Shown: positions 8,106 to 15,810, counted from the stretch's first letter. The stretch is 38,646 nucleotides of DNA from Candidatus Doudnabacteria bacterium RIFCSPHIGHO2_01_FULL_50_11 (GCA_001777585.1 MFEO01000003.1:1-38646), one strand, 5' to 3'. Numbers and translations: made by a program. The notes: generated from the letters alone by a model not told the origin.

Positions 8106-8828
8106 ATGCAGACACCCTCTGGTGCCGTTTACACTCACGATGACCTGGAGCTCTTGAAAGAAATGGCCACTAGCCATTTCATCACACTTAGCGACAAGCC
8201 CTACTTACTCAACTCGGGAATCGAGTCGCGCTTCTATGTGCATGGCCGACAGGATCTCACCGACCATCCGCGGCTCGTCTGGATGGTGGGTGAGAAGATC
8301 GCCACGCTGATTGCGAAGCAAACCCTGCGAGCTGATGGCCAGCCTTGTCTCATAGGCATCCCGACTGTCGGCAATTCCTTTGCCCAGGCCGCCAGCATGG
8401 TTGCATTTCGAGAAGGCATCGAGATGCCCAATGGCAAGAGGTTGTGCTATCGAGTCATGCGCGAAGTTCGCAAGGACCACGGTCCCCACAGAGGCTGGGT
8501 CAATGGCGAGCCCGACTCTGGGCAAACCTACTGGCTGGTAGACAACACGCTGACTGACGGGAAATCCAAGCTTGCAGCTACCGCTAAACTCCGACAGGAT
8601 AAGTATCCCTGCGGGTCCGATCACCCGGACACGTACCCTTGTCTTATCTGGATTGATCGCCAGCAGGGAGGCTTGGAGAAATTGAAGGCGGCGGGATTCA
8701 CAAGGCTTGTTGTGGCCTACAATCTTCTCGATGTTGTCTACGCGTATGCCGAGCTGAGGTTATGGGCCAGAAAGTCAGTAAGAATGGTTGCAGAAGAGAT
8801 TCGTCAGCACAAGCTTCTGGGCAAATGA
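8106..8828 (+). CDS. Type I phosphoribosyltransferase, orotate PRTase-like (divergent, with a C-terminal extension)
   Basis: LNSGIESRFYVHG is like the PyrE SGxxSxxYxD block. IGIPTVGNSFAQAAS and VRKDHG are present. The PRPP loop is YWLVDNTLTDGKS. I chose ATG 8106 because of the AGGAGG SD (8096-8101). The context is pyrC-pyrF. Confidence 0.6.
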   Translation: MQTPSGAVYTHDDLELLKEMATSHFITLSDKPYLLNSGIESRFYVHGRQDLTDHPRLVWMVGEKIATLIAKQTLRADGQPCLIGIPTVGNSFAQAASMVAFREGIEMPNGKRLCYRVMREVRKDHGPHRGWVNGEPDSGQTYWLVDNTLTDGKSKLAATAKLRQDKYPCGSDHPDTYPCLIWIDRQQGGLEKLKAAGFTRLVVAYNLLDVVYAYAELRLWARKSVRMVAEEIRQHKLLGK

Positions 8829-8833
8829 AGTGC

Positions 8834-8866
8834 AAGGCGATCGCAATTGCGAATTCGCCTTTTTTT
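8834..8866 (+). terminator. Rho-independent terminator after the pyrE-like gene
   Basis: AAGGCGATCGC-aatt-GCGA(at)TCGCCTT forms about 11 bp with a 2-nt bulge and runs into a T-tract (8860-8866). Confidence 0.75.
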
Positions 8867-8867
8867 C

Positions 8868-8896
8868 TTGGCAAAATGAGAAAATTATCTTATAAT
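8868..8896 (+). promoter_or_regulatory. Sigma70-type promoter for adk-map (TTGGCA-17 nt-TATAAT)
   Basis: The -35 TTGGCA is at 8868-8873, followed by an exact 17-nt spacer. The -10 is a consensus TATAAT at 8891-8896, 35 nt upstream of ATG 8932. Confidence 0.6.
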
Positions 8897-8931
8897 TAGT
8901 TTGTCGGGAGGATTTTTATTTATATTTTTAG

Positions 8932-9606
8932 ATGAAGCCGACAAAAACTCTCAATATTATTTTTTTCGGGCCCCAAGGCTCAGGTAAGGGCACTCAAGCG
9001 AAGCTGCTGGCAGCAAGACTGGGGCTGCGTCATCTGTCTTCGGGTGAAGCGCTGCGGCAAACAGCAAAGCAGAAGACGCCGCTGGGGCGCTATCTGGCGC
9101 GCCAGTTGCCGACCGGCACCCTTACCCCGGTTCCCAAGCTTTTACGGGTTTTCGAAACACATATCAGAAGAATTCCTGTCACGCAGGGTATAATTTTTGA
9201 CGGTTTCGCGAGGCAAATAAGCGAAACTAGGATTTTTCTTCGTAGGCTCAAAGCCATGGGTCGGAACCTAGACCTGGCCATAATGATCGGAATTGTAAGT
9301 TCAGAGACAATCAGACGTCTTAATAAAAGAGTACAGTGTGATAACTGCAGTAGGATTTTCATAGTAGGCGGTAAAATCAAAGCAGGTGCGCGTTGTCCCA
9401 TCTGCGGAGGCACTCTAATACATCGCCTAGATGACACCCCAGAGGCAATTCGAAAGCGACTGAAGATGTACCGCAAACGGACTATTCCGGTCATAAGGTT
9501 TTTCAAAAAGCAAAGGATCTTGGAATTGGTTTCAGGCCAGCACGGTATTTCAAAGGTTCACGCAAATATCCTCAAAGTACTTAAGCGAAGGGGATTAGCG
9601 AAATAA
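8932..9606 (+). CDS. adk: Adenylate kinase (long form with a Cys4 zinc LID)
   Basis: P-loop FFGPQGSGKGTQA. The LID has CDNC...CPICGG. Confidence 0.9.
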   Translation: MKPTKTLNIIFFGPQGSGKGTQAKLLAARLGLRHLSSGEALRQTAKQKTPLGRYLARQLPTGTLTPVPKLLRVFETHIRRIPVTQGIIFDGFARQISETRIFLRRLKAMGRNLDLAIMIGIVSSETIRRLNKRVQCDNCSRIFIVGGKIKAGARCPICGGTLIHRLDDTPEAIRKRLKMYRKRTIPVIRFFKKQRILELVSGQHGISKVHANILKVLKRRGLAK

Positions 9607-9616
9607 TACAAATTTT

Positions 9617-10378
9617 TTGGTCAACATATATTCACCCGATGAAATTAAGTTGCTGCAAAAGAGCGGTGCCATCCTCTCGCGCGCTCTCCATGCCGTTGCA
9701 GCGAGCGCGGTAGTTGGCATAACTACTTTGAAGCTTGACGCGCTCGCAGAGCGTTCGATCCGCGCGGAAGGGGGCGCCCCGGCTTTCTTGGGCTATCACG
9801 AGAAGGACATGCGTCCGTATCCAGCCTCTCTTTGCACCTCTATTAACGAGGAGTTGGTACATTGCATACCGAGTCGCGGGCGAACACTCAAGTCAGGCGA
9901 TATCGTGGGCCTTGATCTCGGGGTCGAGTACAAAGGTTTCATTACTGACATGGCAATTACGGTTGCAGTCGGGCCGATTGAACTCCGTATCCAGAAGTTG
10001 CTCGACGTGACGCAAGAGTGTCTTGCGCGCGCGATCGCGATCGCTCGTCCAGGAGCCACCACCGGGGATATCGGGCACGCAGTTCAGGGTTACGCTGAGT
10101 CCCAGGGGTTTGGCGTAATTAGGGATTTGGTCGGTCATGGCGTCGGCCGTGCAGTCCATGAAGACCCCAAGGTCCCAAACTACGGCAATCCAGGTGAGGG
10201 GTTGGCTTTGCGTGAGGGCATGGTGCTTGCGATTGAGCCGATGATTTCAATGGGTGGTTTTCGAATCAAAATGTTATCCGATGGGTGGGGGATTGCTATG
10301 GCCGATGGCAGCCTCTGCGCGCATTTTGAAAAAACGGTAGCAATCACGGATCTAGGCAGCTTAGTATTGACGCCTTAA
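9617..10378 (+). CDS. map: Methionine aminopeptidase, type I
   Basis: Metal-ligand blocks GDIVGLDLG, ITDMA, GHGVG, AIEPM and HFEKT are present. The start is TTG. adk-map adjacency is classical. Confidence 0.9.
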   Translation: MVNIYSPDEIKLLQKSGAILSRALHAVAASAVVGITTLKLDALAERSIRAEGGAPAFLGYHEKDMRPYPASLCTSINEELVHCIPSRGRTLKSGDIVGLDLGVEYKGFITDMAITVAVGPIELRIQKLLDVTQECLARAIAIARPGATTGDIGHAVQGYAESQGFGVIRDLVGHGVGRAVHEDPKVPNYGNPGEGLALREGMVLAIEPMISMGGFRIKMLSDGWGIAMADGSLCAHFEKTVAITDLGSLVLTP

Positions 10379-10403
10379 ATGCCCAAGACGTCAAGGCTAT
10401 TTT
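10367..10403 (+). terminator. Possible terminator overlapping the map stop codon
   Basis: TTGACGCCTT-aaatgccc-AAGACGTCAA forms a 10-bp stem with one C/A mismatch. It is followed after 4 nt by TATTTT. The T-tract is not directly adjacent, so this is only moderate evidence. Confidence 0.4.
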
Positions 10404-10461
10404 CAAGTTAAAAGCACCATTCCACAGAAGTGAGACGCGTGTATTAACTGATTAGTTCATT

Positions 10462-10490
10462 TTGCCTGATAGATGAAAACCTGTTATACT
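10462..10490 (+). promoter_or_regulatory. Sigma70-type promoter with an extended -10 (TTGCCT-17 nt-TATACT, TGt upstream) for htrA
   Basis: The -35 TTGCCT is at 10462-10467 and the -10 TATACT at 10485-10490, preceded by TG at 10482-10483. The element ends 21 nt upstream of ATG 10512. Confidence 0.6.
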
Positions 10491-10511
10491 GACGTCTGCA
10501 AATAAACTTCG

Positions 10512-11912
10512 ATGAAAGAAAAAAATACTAAAATAAGCCTTTCAAAGGTGACGTCCAAGAAAACCGACGATCGTCCGCCCGAATCGCTGGACAGCGACAT
10601 TGTTGAACAAGGACACGTGAAAAAAGGAGCCCCAGAAGAAGCGTCTGTCATACAGAAAGACGTTCTCGACCCAGGGTTGCTTGACGATTTGGACTTGCAT
10701 AAAAAATTCCAGTCTACTCGTAGTTCGATCGTTGTCGTTGCGGCTATAGTTAGCCTTGTTGTGGGTACGATCTCAGGCATGGCTGGCGGGCGCTATTTAG
10801 GACCGTGGCTGGATGCTCGACTCGGTATTGCTCAAACGCAGTTTTCGGGGACGGAAATCAGGCGAGTGGAGCTTGATGAGAACTCTGCGATCATTCAAGT
10901 AGTGAAGGAAGCCAATCCTGCAGTCGTATCTATCATCATCAGCAAAGATTTACCGAAAGTTCAACAGTATTTTTTTGATCCATTCGGAGATTTTTTCGGC
11001 AGTACCCCGAGTGCCGGATCTGGCGGGACAGAAAAACAGCAGGTCGGTGCTGGGAGTGGTTTCATAGTTTCTTCGGACGGTCTTATCCTGACCAACAAGC
11101 ATGTAGTGGCAGACCAGCAGGCTGAATACACGGTGATCACGAGTGACGGCAAGAAATATATCGCGAAGGTTCTCGCCCGCGATCCTCTCAATGACTTAGC
11201 AGTAGTAAAGATTGACGCTACGAATCTAGCGACCCTGCAATTTGGCAGTTCTGATTCGGTTGAGCTCGGCCAGCGCGTGATTGCGATTGGCAACGCTCTG
11301 GGGGAATTTTCCAACACCGTCACCACAGGCGTTATCTCCGGTAAAGGTCGCACTATCTCCGCTGGAAACGGATCGGGAACAGTGGAAGAATTGCAAGCAG
11401 TAATCCAAACTGACGCGGCAATCAATCCGGGTAATTCCGGCGGCCCCCTTCTAAACTTGGCTGGACAGGTGGTCGGCGTCAATACGGCAATAGACAGTTT
11501 CGGACAAGCGGTCGGGTTTGCAATTCCCTCAGATGAGGGCAAGAAGGTCGTAGAGGATGTACAGAAATATGGAAAGGTCCTTCGCCCTTTCATTGGGGTC
11601 CGTTACGTAATTTTAACGCCTGAATCAGCGAAAGCCCAGGGGATCTCGGCTGACCACGGAGCCTTGATTATCCGAGGGGATACGTCTGCCGATGTGGCGA
11701 TTGTCCCGGGAAGCCCCGCACAGAAGGCGGGACTTGCGGAAGGCGATGTGATCTTAGAGATCAATGGCGAGCAGATTACGAGCGACCATCCCGTAAGTTC
11801 AGCAATACGCTCTTTGAAGCCCGGGACGCAGATAATTTTGAAGATCCTCAAGGGAGGCAAAGATACGAAAGAAGTGCTATTGACCTTGGGTGAAGCATCG
11901 GGGGATAAATAA
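10512..11912 (+). CDS. htrA: HtrA/DegP-family serine protease with a C-terminal PDZ domain and a long charged N-terminal tail before the TM anchor
   Basis: Catalytic blocks TNKHVV (His), NDLAVVKI (Asp) and GNSGGPL (Ser). PDZ-like GALIIRGD...GSPAQKAGLAEGDVILEING. The TM segment is IVVVAAIVSLVVGTISGMAGG. Confidence 0.9.
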   Translation: MKEKNTKISLSKVTSKKTDDRPPESLDSDIVEQGHVKKGAPEEASVIQKDVLDPGLLDDLDLHKKFQSTRSSIVVVAAIVSLVVGTISGMAGGRYLGPWLDARLGIAQTQFSGTEIRRVELDENSAIIQVVKEANPAVVSIIISKDLPKVQQYFFDPFGDFFGSTPSAGSGGTEKQQVGAGSGFIVSSDGLILTNKHVVADQQAEYTVITSDGKKYIAKVLARDPLNDLAVVKIDATNLATLQFGSSDSVELGQRVIAIGNALGEFSNTVTTGVISGKGRTISAGNGSGTVEELQAVIQTDAAINPGNSGGPLLNLAGQVVGVNTAIDSFGQAVGFAIPSDEGKKVVEDVQKYGKVLRPFIGVRYVILTPESAKAQGISADHGALIIRGDTSADVAIVPGSPAQKAGLAEGDVILEINGEQITSDHPVSSAIRSLKPGTQIILKILKGGKDTKEVLLTLGEASGDK

Positions 11913-11915
11913 AGC

Positions 11916-12332
11916 ATGGGCAGGATCATGGCTTTAGACTACGGGAGCAAAAGAATCGGCGTTGCGATATCTGACCCTACTGGTACGATCGTAAGCACGC
12001 CAGAGCCGCCCGTGGAGTCCGGCGACCAGCTAATTACAAGTATTAGGAAGCTAGTTAAGCATTACGAAGTATCGAGACTTATCATAGGCATGCCTTGGAG
12101 TCTGTCAGGGAATAAGACTGAATCGACAAAAGCAGCGCTTGAATTTCAACGCCGTTTGCAGGCAGAGTTTGCTTTCCCAATTTCGGCAGTCGACGAACGC
12201 TACACAACGCGGCAGGCAAAATCAGACTTATCCGCATCAAAAGAACAAGACCGATCGAAGTCTCAAATAGACAATCAATCTGCACGCATACTTTTGGAAA
12301 ACTATTTGTCACATTCTGATTTTAAAAACTAA
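11916..12332 (+). CDS. ruvX: Holliday-junction resolvase-like nuclease RuvX/YqgF
   Basis: (M)ALDYGSKRIGVAISD is the N-terminal signature, and DERYTT is present. The start is ambiguous between ATG 11916 and ATG 11928. Confidence 0.85.
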   Translation: MGRIMALDYGSKRIGVAISDPTGTIVSTPEPPVESGDQLITSIRKLVKHYEVSRLIIGMPWSLSGNKTESTKAALEFQRRLQAEFAFPISAVDERYTTRQAKSDLSASKEQDRSKSQIDNQSARILLENYLSHSDFKN

Positions 12333-12351
12333 TCATTAAAACAAAAACACC

Positions 12352-12504
12352 ATGTCCGTCGAAGTGTTTCCTAAAGCCTATAGGATTATGATCTGGGTTA
12401 TTTCGACTGCCCTGATTTTTCTTATAGTGTTGACCGGGTTCATCGCGTCGCAGGTTGCTTCTATCGACAAAGAAGTGCAACAGCTTCGTTCCACCGGCTA
12501 CTAA
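12352..12504 (+). CDS. Possible 50-aa single-pass membrane protein (below the ORF-track size cut-off)
   Basis: Hand translation gives MSVEVFPKAYRIMIWVISTALIFLIVLTGFIASQVASIDKEVQQLRSTGY*. It has one clear hydrophobic helix. It fills an otherwise 232-nt non-coding gap in a very dense window. No SD is seen. Confidence 0.3.
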   Translation: MSVEVFPKAYRIMIWVISTALIFLIVLTGFIASQVASIDKEVQQLRSTGY

Positions 12505-12510
12505 ACTTCA

Positions 12511-12522
12511 TTCAATATTGAA
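12511..12522. promoter_or_regulatory. Perfect 12-bp palindrome TTCAATATTGAA (candidate operator) upstream of galT
   Basis: The sequence is self-complementary and sits 43 nt upstream of ATG 12565. It is embedded in AATATTGAATATTGG. A GAGC-gaaa-GCTC tetraloop hairpin follows at 12528-12539. Confidence 0.3.
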
Positions 12523-12564
12523 TATTGGAGCGAAAGCTCAGTCCGCCAGTCGCTGCATCTTAAT

Positions 12565-13566
12565 ATGTCAGAATTCAGGCAAGACATTGTAACCAAAGAA
12601 TGGGTCTTGATCGCTCCTTCCCGGTCAGGGCGGCCGAACGAATTTCACACGGAAGAAGCAACGCCTGCCGATCTTCCCGAGGTGCTTGAAAGTTGTGTTT
12701 TCTGTCCTGGATCCGAAGCCCAAACACCTGCCCCGATCGCTACGTATCCGAGCTTGGGTGCTTGGAAGATTCGCGTCGTACCCAATAAATTCGGCGTCCT
12801 CACCCTTGAGCAGCAAGTTCCGAAGAGGGATTTTTATGTGCGCTTGCCGGGCATAGGGTCGCACGAGGTCATTATTACGCGTCCGCACAATCGTCCGGTC
12901 GCGCTCTTAGCAGTAGAGGATGTTGATCTGATGCTTCAAGTTTATATCGACCGGATCAACGAACTAGAAAAACACGAATCAGTTAAATACGTCCATATCA
13001 TACAAAATCACGGGAAGCTTGGCGGCGCTTCACTCACACACCCACACTCGCAGGTTTTTGCGATGCCTTTTTTGGGTCCGCATATTCAGCAAGAGCTGCG
13101 TGGGTCCTCATCACACTATGACATCTTCGACCAATGCCTTTACTGCGAAATACTGCGTCACGAGCGGAGCGGTAAGAGGCGCCTAATATTCGAGACGGCG
13201 CATTTCGTGGTAATATGTCCGTTCGAGAGCAAGATGGCTTACCAGATGCGGATCATGCCGAAGCGGCATGAAGCGAATTTTAATCACATTACACGCGAAG
13301 AAAGACAGGATCTCGCTGCTGTGCTGAAATCATCCCTCCGCCTGCTCCACGATAAGCTTAAGAACCCATCGTATAATTTCTATTTGCACACGATGCCCTT
13401 TCTACGGAGCAAAAACGTGAATCATAACGAAGAAGCGTATCATTGGCATCTTGTGATCTTGCCGCGGATCAATATCTGGGCTGGCCTGGAGCTGGGGACT
13501 GAGATTTACGTTAATACGATACCGCCGGAACAGGCAGCGGAGTATCTTCGCGGCGGATCCACATGA
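12565..13566 (+). CDS. galT: Galactose-1-phosphate uridylyltransferase family (class I GalT / HIT-like nucleotidyltransferase)
   Basis: The zinc motif is CVFCPG and the active site is THPHSQVFA (HxHxQ). The length of 333 aa fits. The stop overlaps the tpiA start (ATGA at 13563-13566). Confidence 0.8.
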   Translation: MSEFRQDIVTKEWVLIAPSRSGRPNEFHTEEATPADLPEVLESCVFCPGSEAQTPAPIATYPSLGAWKIRVVPNKFGVLTLEQQVPKRDFYVRLPGIGSHEVIITRPHNRPVALLAVEDVDLMLQVYIDRINELEKHESVKYVHIIQNHGKLGGASLTHPHSQVFAMPFLGPHIQQELRGSSSHYDIFDQCLYCEILRHERSGKRRLIFETAHFVVICPFESKMAYQMRIMPKRHEANFNHITREERQDLAAVLKSSLRLLHDKLKNPSYNFYLHTMPFLRSKNVNHNEEAYHWHLVILPRINIWAGLELGTEIYVNTIPPEQAAEYLRGGST

Positions 13567-14309
13567 AAAAGTACATCATAGGTAACTGGAAGATGAACCC
13601 TTCCACGTTCGCCGAAGCTGATCGCCTCGCATCTCGCATACAGATGCTAAACCGCGGATCAGCCGAAGTAGTCTTGTGCCCGCCAGTATATTTTTTGGCG
13701 CAGCTCTCGAAGAAATTTCCGCAGCTCTTCTGGGGCGCGCAAGATTGCTTCTGGGAAGCTTCTGGCGCATACACAGGAGAGATTTCGAGCGAGTATATCC
13801 GCACTCACGGAGCCGCGTTCGTTCTGCTCGGACACTCAGAGAGGCGCATGTATCTTGAGGAATCAGACGAAATGGTCGCGAAAAAACTTCGTCATGTGTT
13901 AAAGAGAAAATTGACCCCGGTGCTTTGTGTCGGCGGTGGTGAGGGGTTGCGCGAACCCGAGCAATGTCTGGCAGCGGCTAGAATCCAGCTGACAACAGCA
14001 GTGCGGGGAATACCGGGTAAGATTCTGGCAGGAGGGCGGATTATTATTGCCTACGAGCCTACCTGGGCGATAGGAACAGGCCGTCCTGCGACAAGTAAGC
14101 ATATCGCCGCTGCGGCATCGTTGATACGAGAGCAAATAAGCTCACATTATGGTACAATAATTGCGGATGGAACCCCGGTACTCTACGGGGGGTCGGTGAA
14201 TGCCAGCATCGTGCCGAAATTAAAGAAAAAATCCAATCTCCAGGGTTATCTGGTGGGCGGTGCGAGTCTAAACGCTTTAGAATTTTCTAAAATAATCGAA
14301 TTGAGTTAG
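13563..14309 (+). CDS. tpiA: Triosephosphate isomerase
   Basis: Motifs GNWKMN, GHSERR, AYEPTWAIGTG and YGGSV. Confidence 0.95.
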   Translation: MKKYIIGNWKMNPSTFAEADRLASRIQMLNRGSAEVVLCPPVYFLAQLSKKFPQLFWGAQDCFWEASGAYTGEISSEYIRTHGAAFVLLGHSERRMYLEESDEMVAKKLRHVLKRKLTPVLCVGGGEGLREPEQCLAAARIQLTTAVRGIPGKILAGGRIIIAYEPTWAIGTGRPATSKHIAAAASLIREQISSHYGTIIADGTPVLYGGSVNASIVPKLKKKSNLQGYLVGGASLNALEFSKIIELS

Positions 14310-14374
14310 TGACGCTGCAGTTTTTGCAGCATTGGGTGCAAGGGGTAGCTTCAAGAAAAAGCAAAACATAAGAC

Positions 14375-14818
14375 ATGATTTACATCGCTGCATCGAGAAA
14401 CGGCTATAGATTGAAAGAAGAAATGCTGGAGTACCTCAAACTTCGTGGGTATAAGGTGGAGGATTGGGGGCCGGACAATGACACATTGGTGGAGTATCCT
14501 GATCTTGCCAGATTGGTTGCCGAGAAAGTCGCGGGGAATCACTACTCCCGAGGAATTCTCTTCTCTGGAAAAGGGACGGGCATGTGCATCGCGGCCAACA
14601 AAGTCAAGAATGTGAGCGCTGCCGTTGTATTCACGCCTTCGCTGGCTGAGAAAACCAGGCTTGAGGACAACAGCAACGTGCTGTGTTTGCCCAGTCTGTA
14701 TATTTCCTCTGACGTCGCGAAAGAAATCATCGCGACGTGGCTATCAACCTCTTTCTCGGGTTCAGATTATAACGTCCGCTGCATAAAAAAAATTCGAAAA
14801 ATGGAAAACGATGCCTAA
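14375..14818 (+). CDS. RpiB/LacA/LacB-family sugar-phosphate isomerase-fold protein, divergent (canonical catalytic residues not conserved)
   Basis: The family core GILFSGKGTGMCIAANKV, EYPDLA and NSNVLCL matches in length and order. However, GxDHxG is ASRNGY, CGTG is SGKG, HN is ED, and GGRH is GSDY. Confidence 0.65.
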   Translation: MIYIAASRNGYRLKEEMLEYLKLRGYKVEDWGPDNDTLVEYPDLARLVAEKVAGNHYSRGILFSGKGTGMCIAANKVKNVSAAVVFTPSLAEKTRLEDNSNVLCLPSLYISSDVAKEIIATWLSTSFSGSDYNVRCIKKIRKMENDA

Positions 14819-15788
14819 GAGTCGACTTGACGTCATCACAATCGGCGACTGTACGCTCGATCATTACTTGAAGCTTGACGAAGGCCTGTTGCTGAAAGGA
14901 TCGGGCAGCCGCAGCGGCCGGCTCGTCTTGGCATATTCTCAGAAAACTCCCGTTTCTGAGTTTCTATTTTTCCCCGGGGGAAATGCGCTGAACACCGCCG
15001 TGGGTTTTTCCCGTCTTGGATTGAAAACTGCAATTCACACTTATCTCGGCGCGGGACATGACGGCGAGTATCTGTATGACAGGATCCTTAAAGAAAAAGT
15101 TGACCCGCGTTTTGTCGTTCGCTCAAAGGATCTGGAAACTGACAAAAGCGTAATACTCGTCACGCACGGGGATAGGACGGTCTTAAGTTTCCATTCCCAG
15201 AAGCCTTACCGGTTGCCGTCTATGAGGGCTAGCTGGTTGTATCTGACCTCACTAGGGGCAGGTTATGAGACTTTGTATCAGCAGGTTTCGGCTTTCATTA
15301 AGAAGGCGCGAGTAAGGTTGGCTTACAACCCCGGCTCTCGTCAATTGTACGATTCCATCGCCTCTGTCCGGCGTATGGTCGCAACCTGCGATCTGCTTTT
15401 CGTTAATCTTGAAGAGGCACAGGTGATTACCGGCAAAAAGGCTAAAGACCTTAAGCTTCAGCTTGCGAGCCTGCATAGACTTGGCGCCAAGAAAATTATC
15501 GTGACCCTGGGGCCCAGAGGAGCTTCCTGTTTTGATGGTACAAAGTTTTGGAGAGTAGGAGCATTCCCGGCCCGTCGCGTTGATGCGACCGGAGCGGGGG
15601 ACTCGTTCGCTGCAGGAACTTGCGCCGCCCTCATTCGTCGCCGGCCCATCCAAGAGGCTGTCTTATGGGGCTCGGTGAACGCAGCTTCAGAGATAAGCCA
15701 AGTTGGGGTTCAAAACGGTCTGCTGTCACGGGCCCGGATCGAGCTTCAACTGCGCAGGCACCCAAGTTTTCGAGCTAGAAGTTTGTAG
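14811..15788 (+). CDS. PfkB-family carbohydrate/sugar-phosphate kinase (ribokinase superfamily)
   Basis: The N-terminal block is PGGNALNTAVGFSRLG. The C-terminal anion hole and catalytic Asp are in DATGAGDSFAAG. The start overlaps the preceding gene by 8 nt. Confidence 0.85.
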   Translation: MPKSRLDVITIGDCTLDHYLKLDEGLLLKGSGSRSGRLVLAYSQKTPVSEFLFFPGGNALNTAVGFSRLGLKTAIHTYLGAGHDGEYLYDRILKEKVDPRFVVRSKDLETDKSVILVTHGDRTVLSFHSQKPYRLPSMRASWLYLTSLGAGYETLYQQVSAFIKKARVRLAYNPGSRQLYDSIASVRRMVATCDLLFVNLEEAQVITGKKAKDLKLQLASLHRLGAKKIIVTLGPRGASCFDGTKFWRVGAFPARRVDATGAGDSFAAGTCAALIRRRPIQEAVLWGSVNAASEISQVGVQNGLLSRARIELQLRRHPSFRARSL

Positions 15789-15810
15789 GATGAATTTTTT
15801 CAGCAAGCTC

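Noticed and set aside
8899-8931. The SD-like GGGAGGA upstream of adk, which suggested an alternative earlier start.
   Set aside because: No in-frame start codon follows it at a sensible distance. ATG 8932 gives an N-terminus with the P-loop at the normal position for adenylate kinases.
10379-10511. The largest fully non-coding gaps (10379-10511 and 12333-12564), checked for tRNA, SRP RNA, riboswitch-like or other structured RNA.
   Set aside because: I could find no T-loop (GTTCRANYC), cloverleaf arms, SRP-domain motif or recognisable riboswitch core by eye. The first gap is explained by a terminator plus a promoter, and the second by a small ORF plus a palindrome. A covariance-model scan (Infernal/Rfam, tRNAscan-SE) would be the decisive check.
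10961-11593. A 210-aa minus-strand ORF inside htrA.
   Set aside because: It is antisense to the catalytic core of a clearly recognisable HtrA protease. Its composition is Pro/Ser/Thr/Ala-rich, typical of antisense frames.
14313-14329. The hairpin GCTGCA-gtttt-TGCAGC just after tpiA, considered as a possible terminator.
   Set aside because: It has only a 6-bp stem and no downstream T-tract (it is followed by ATTGGGTG). The next gene starts 45 nt later and probably belongs to the same unit.
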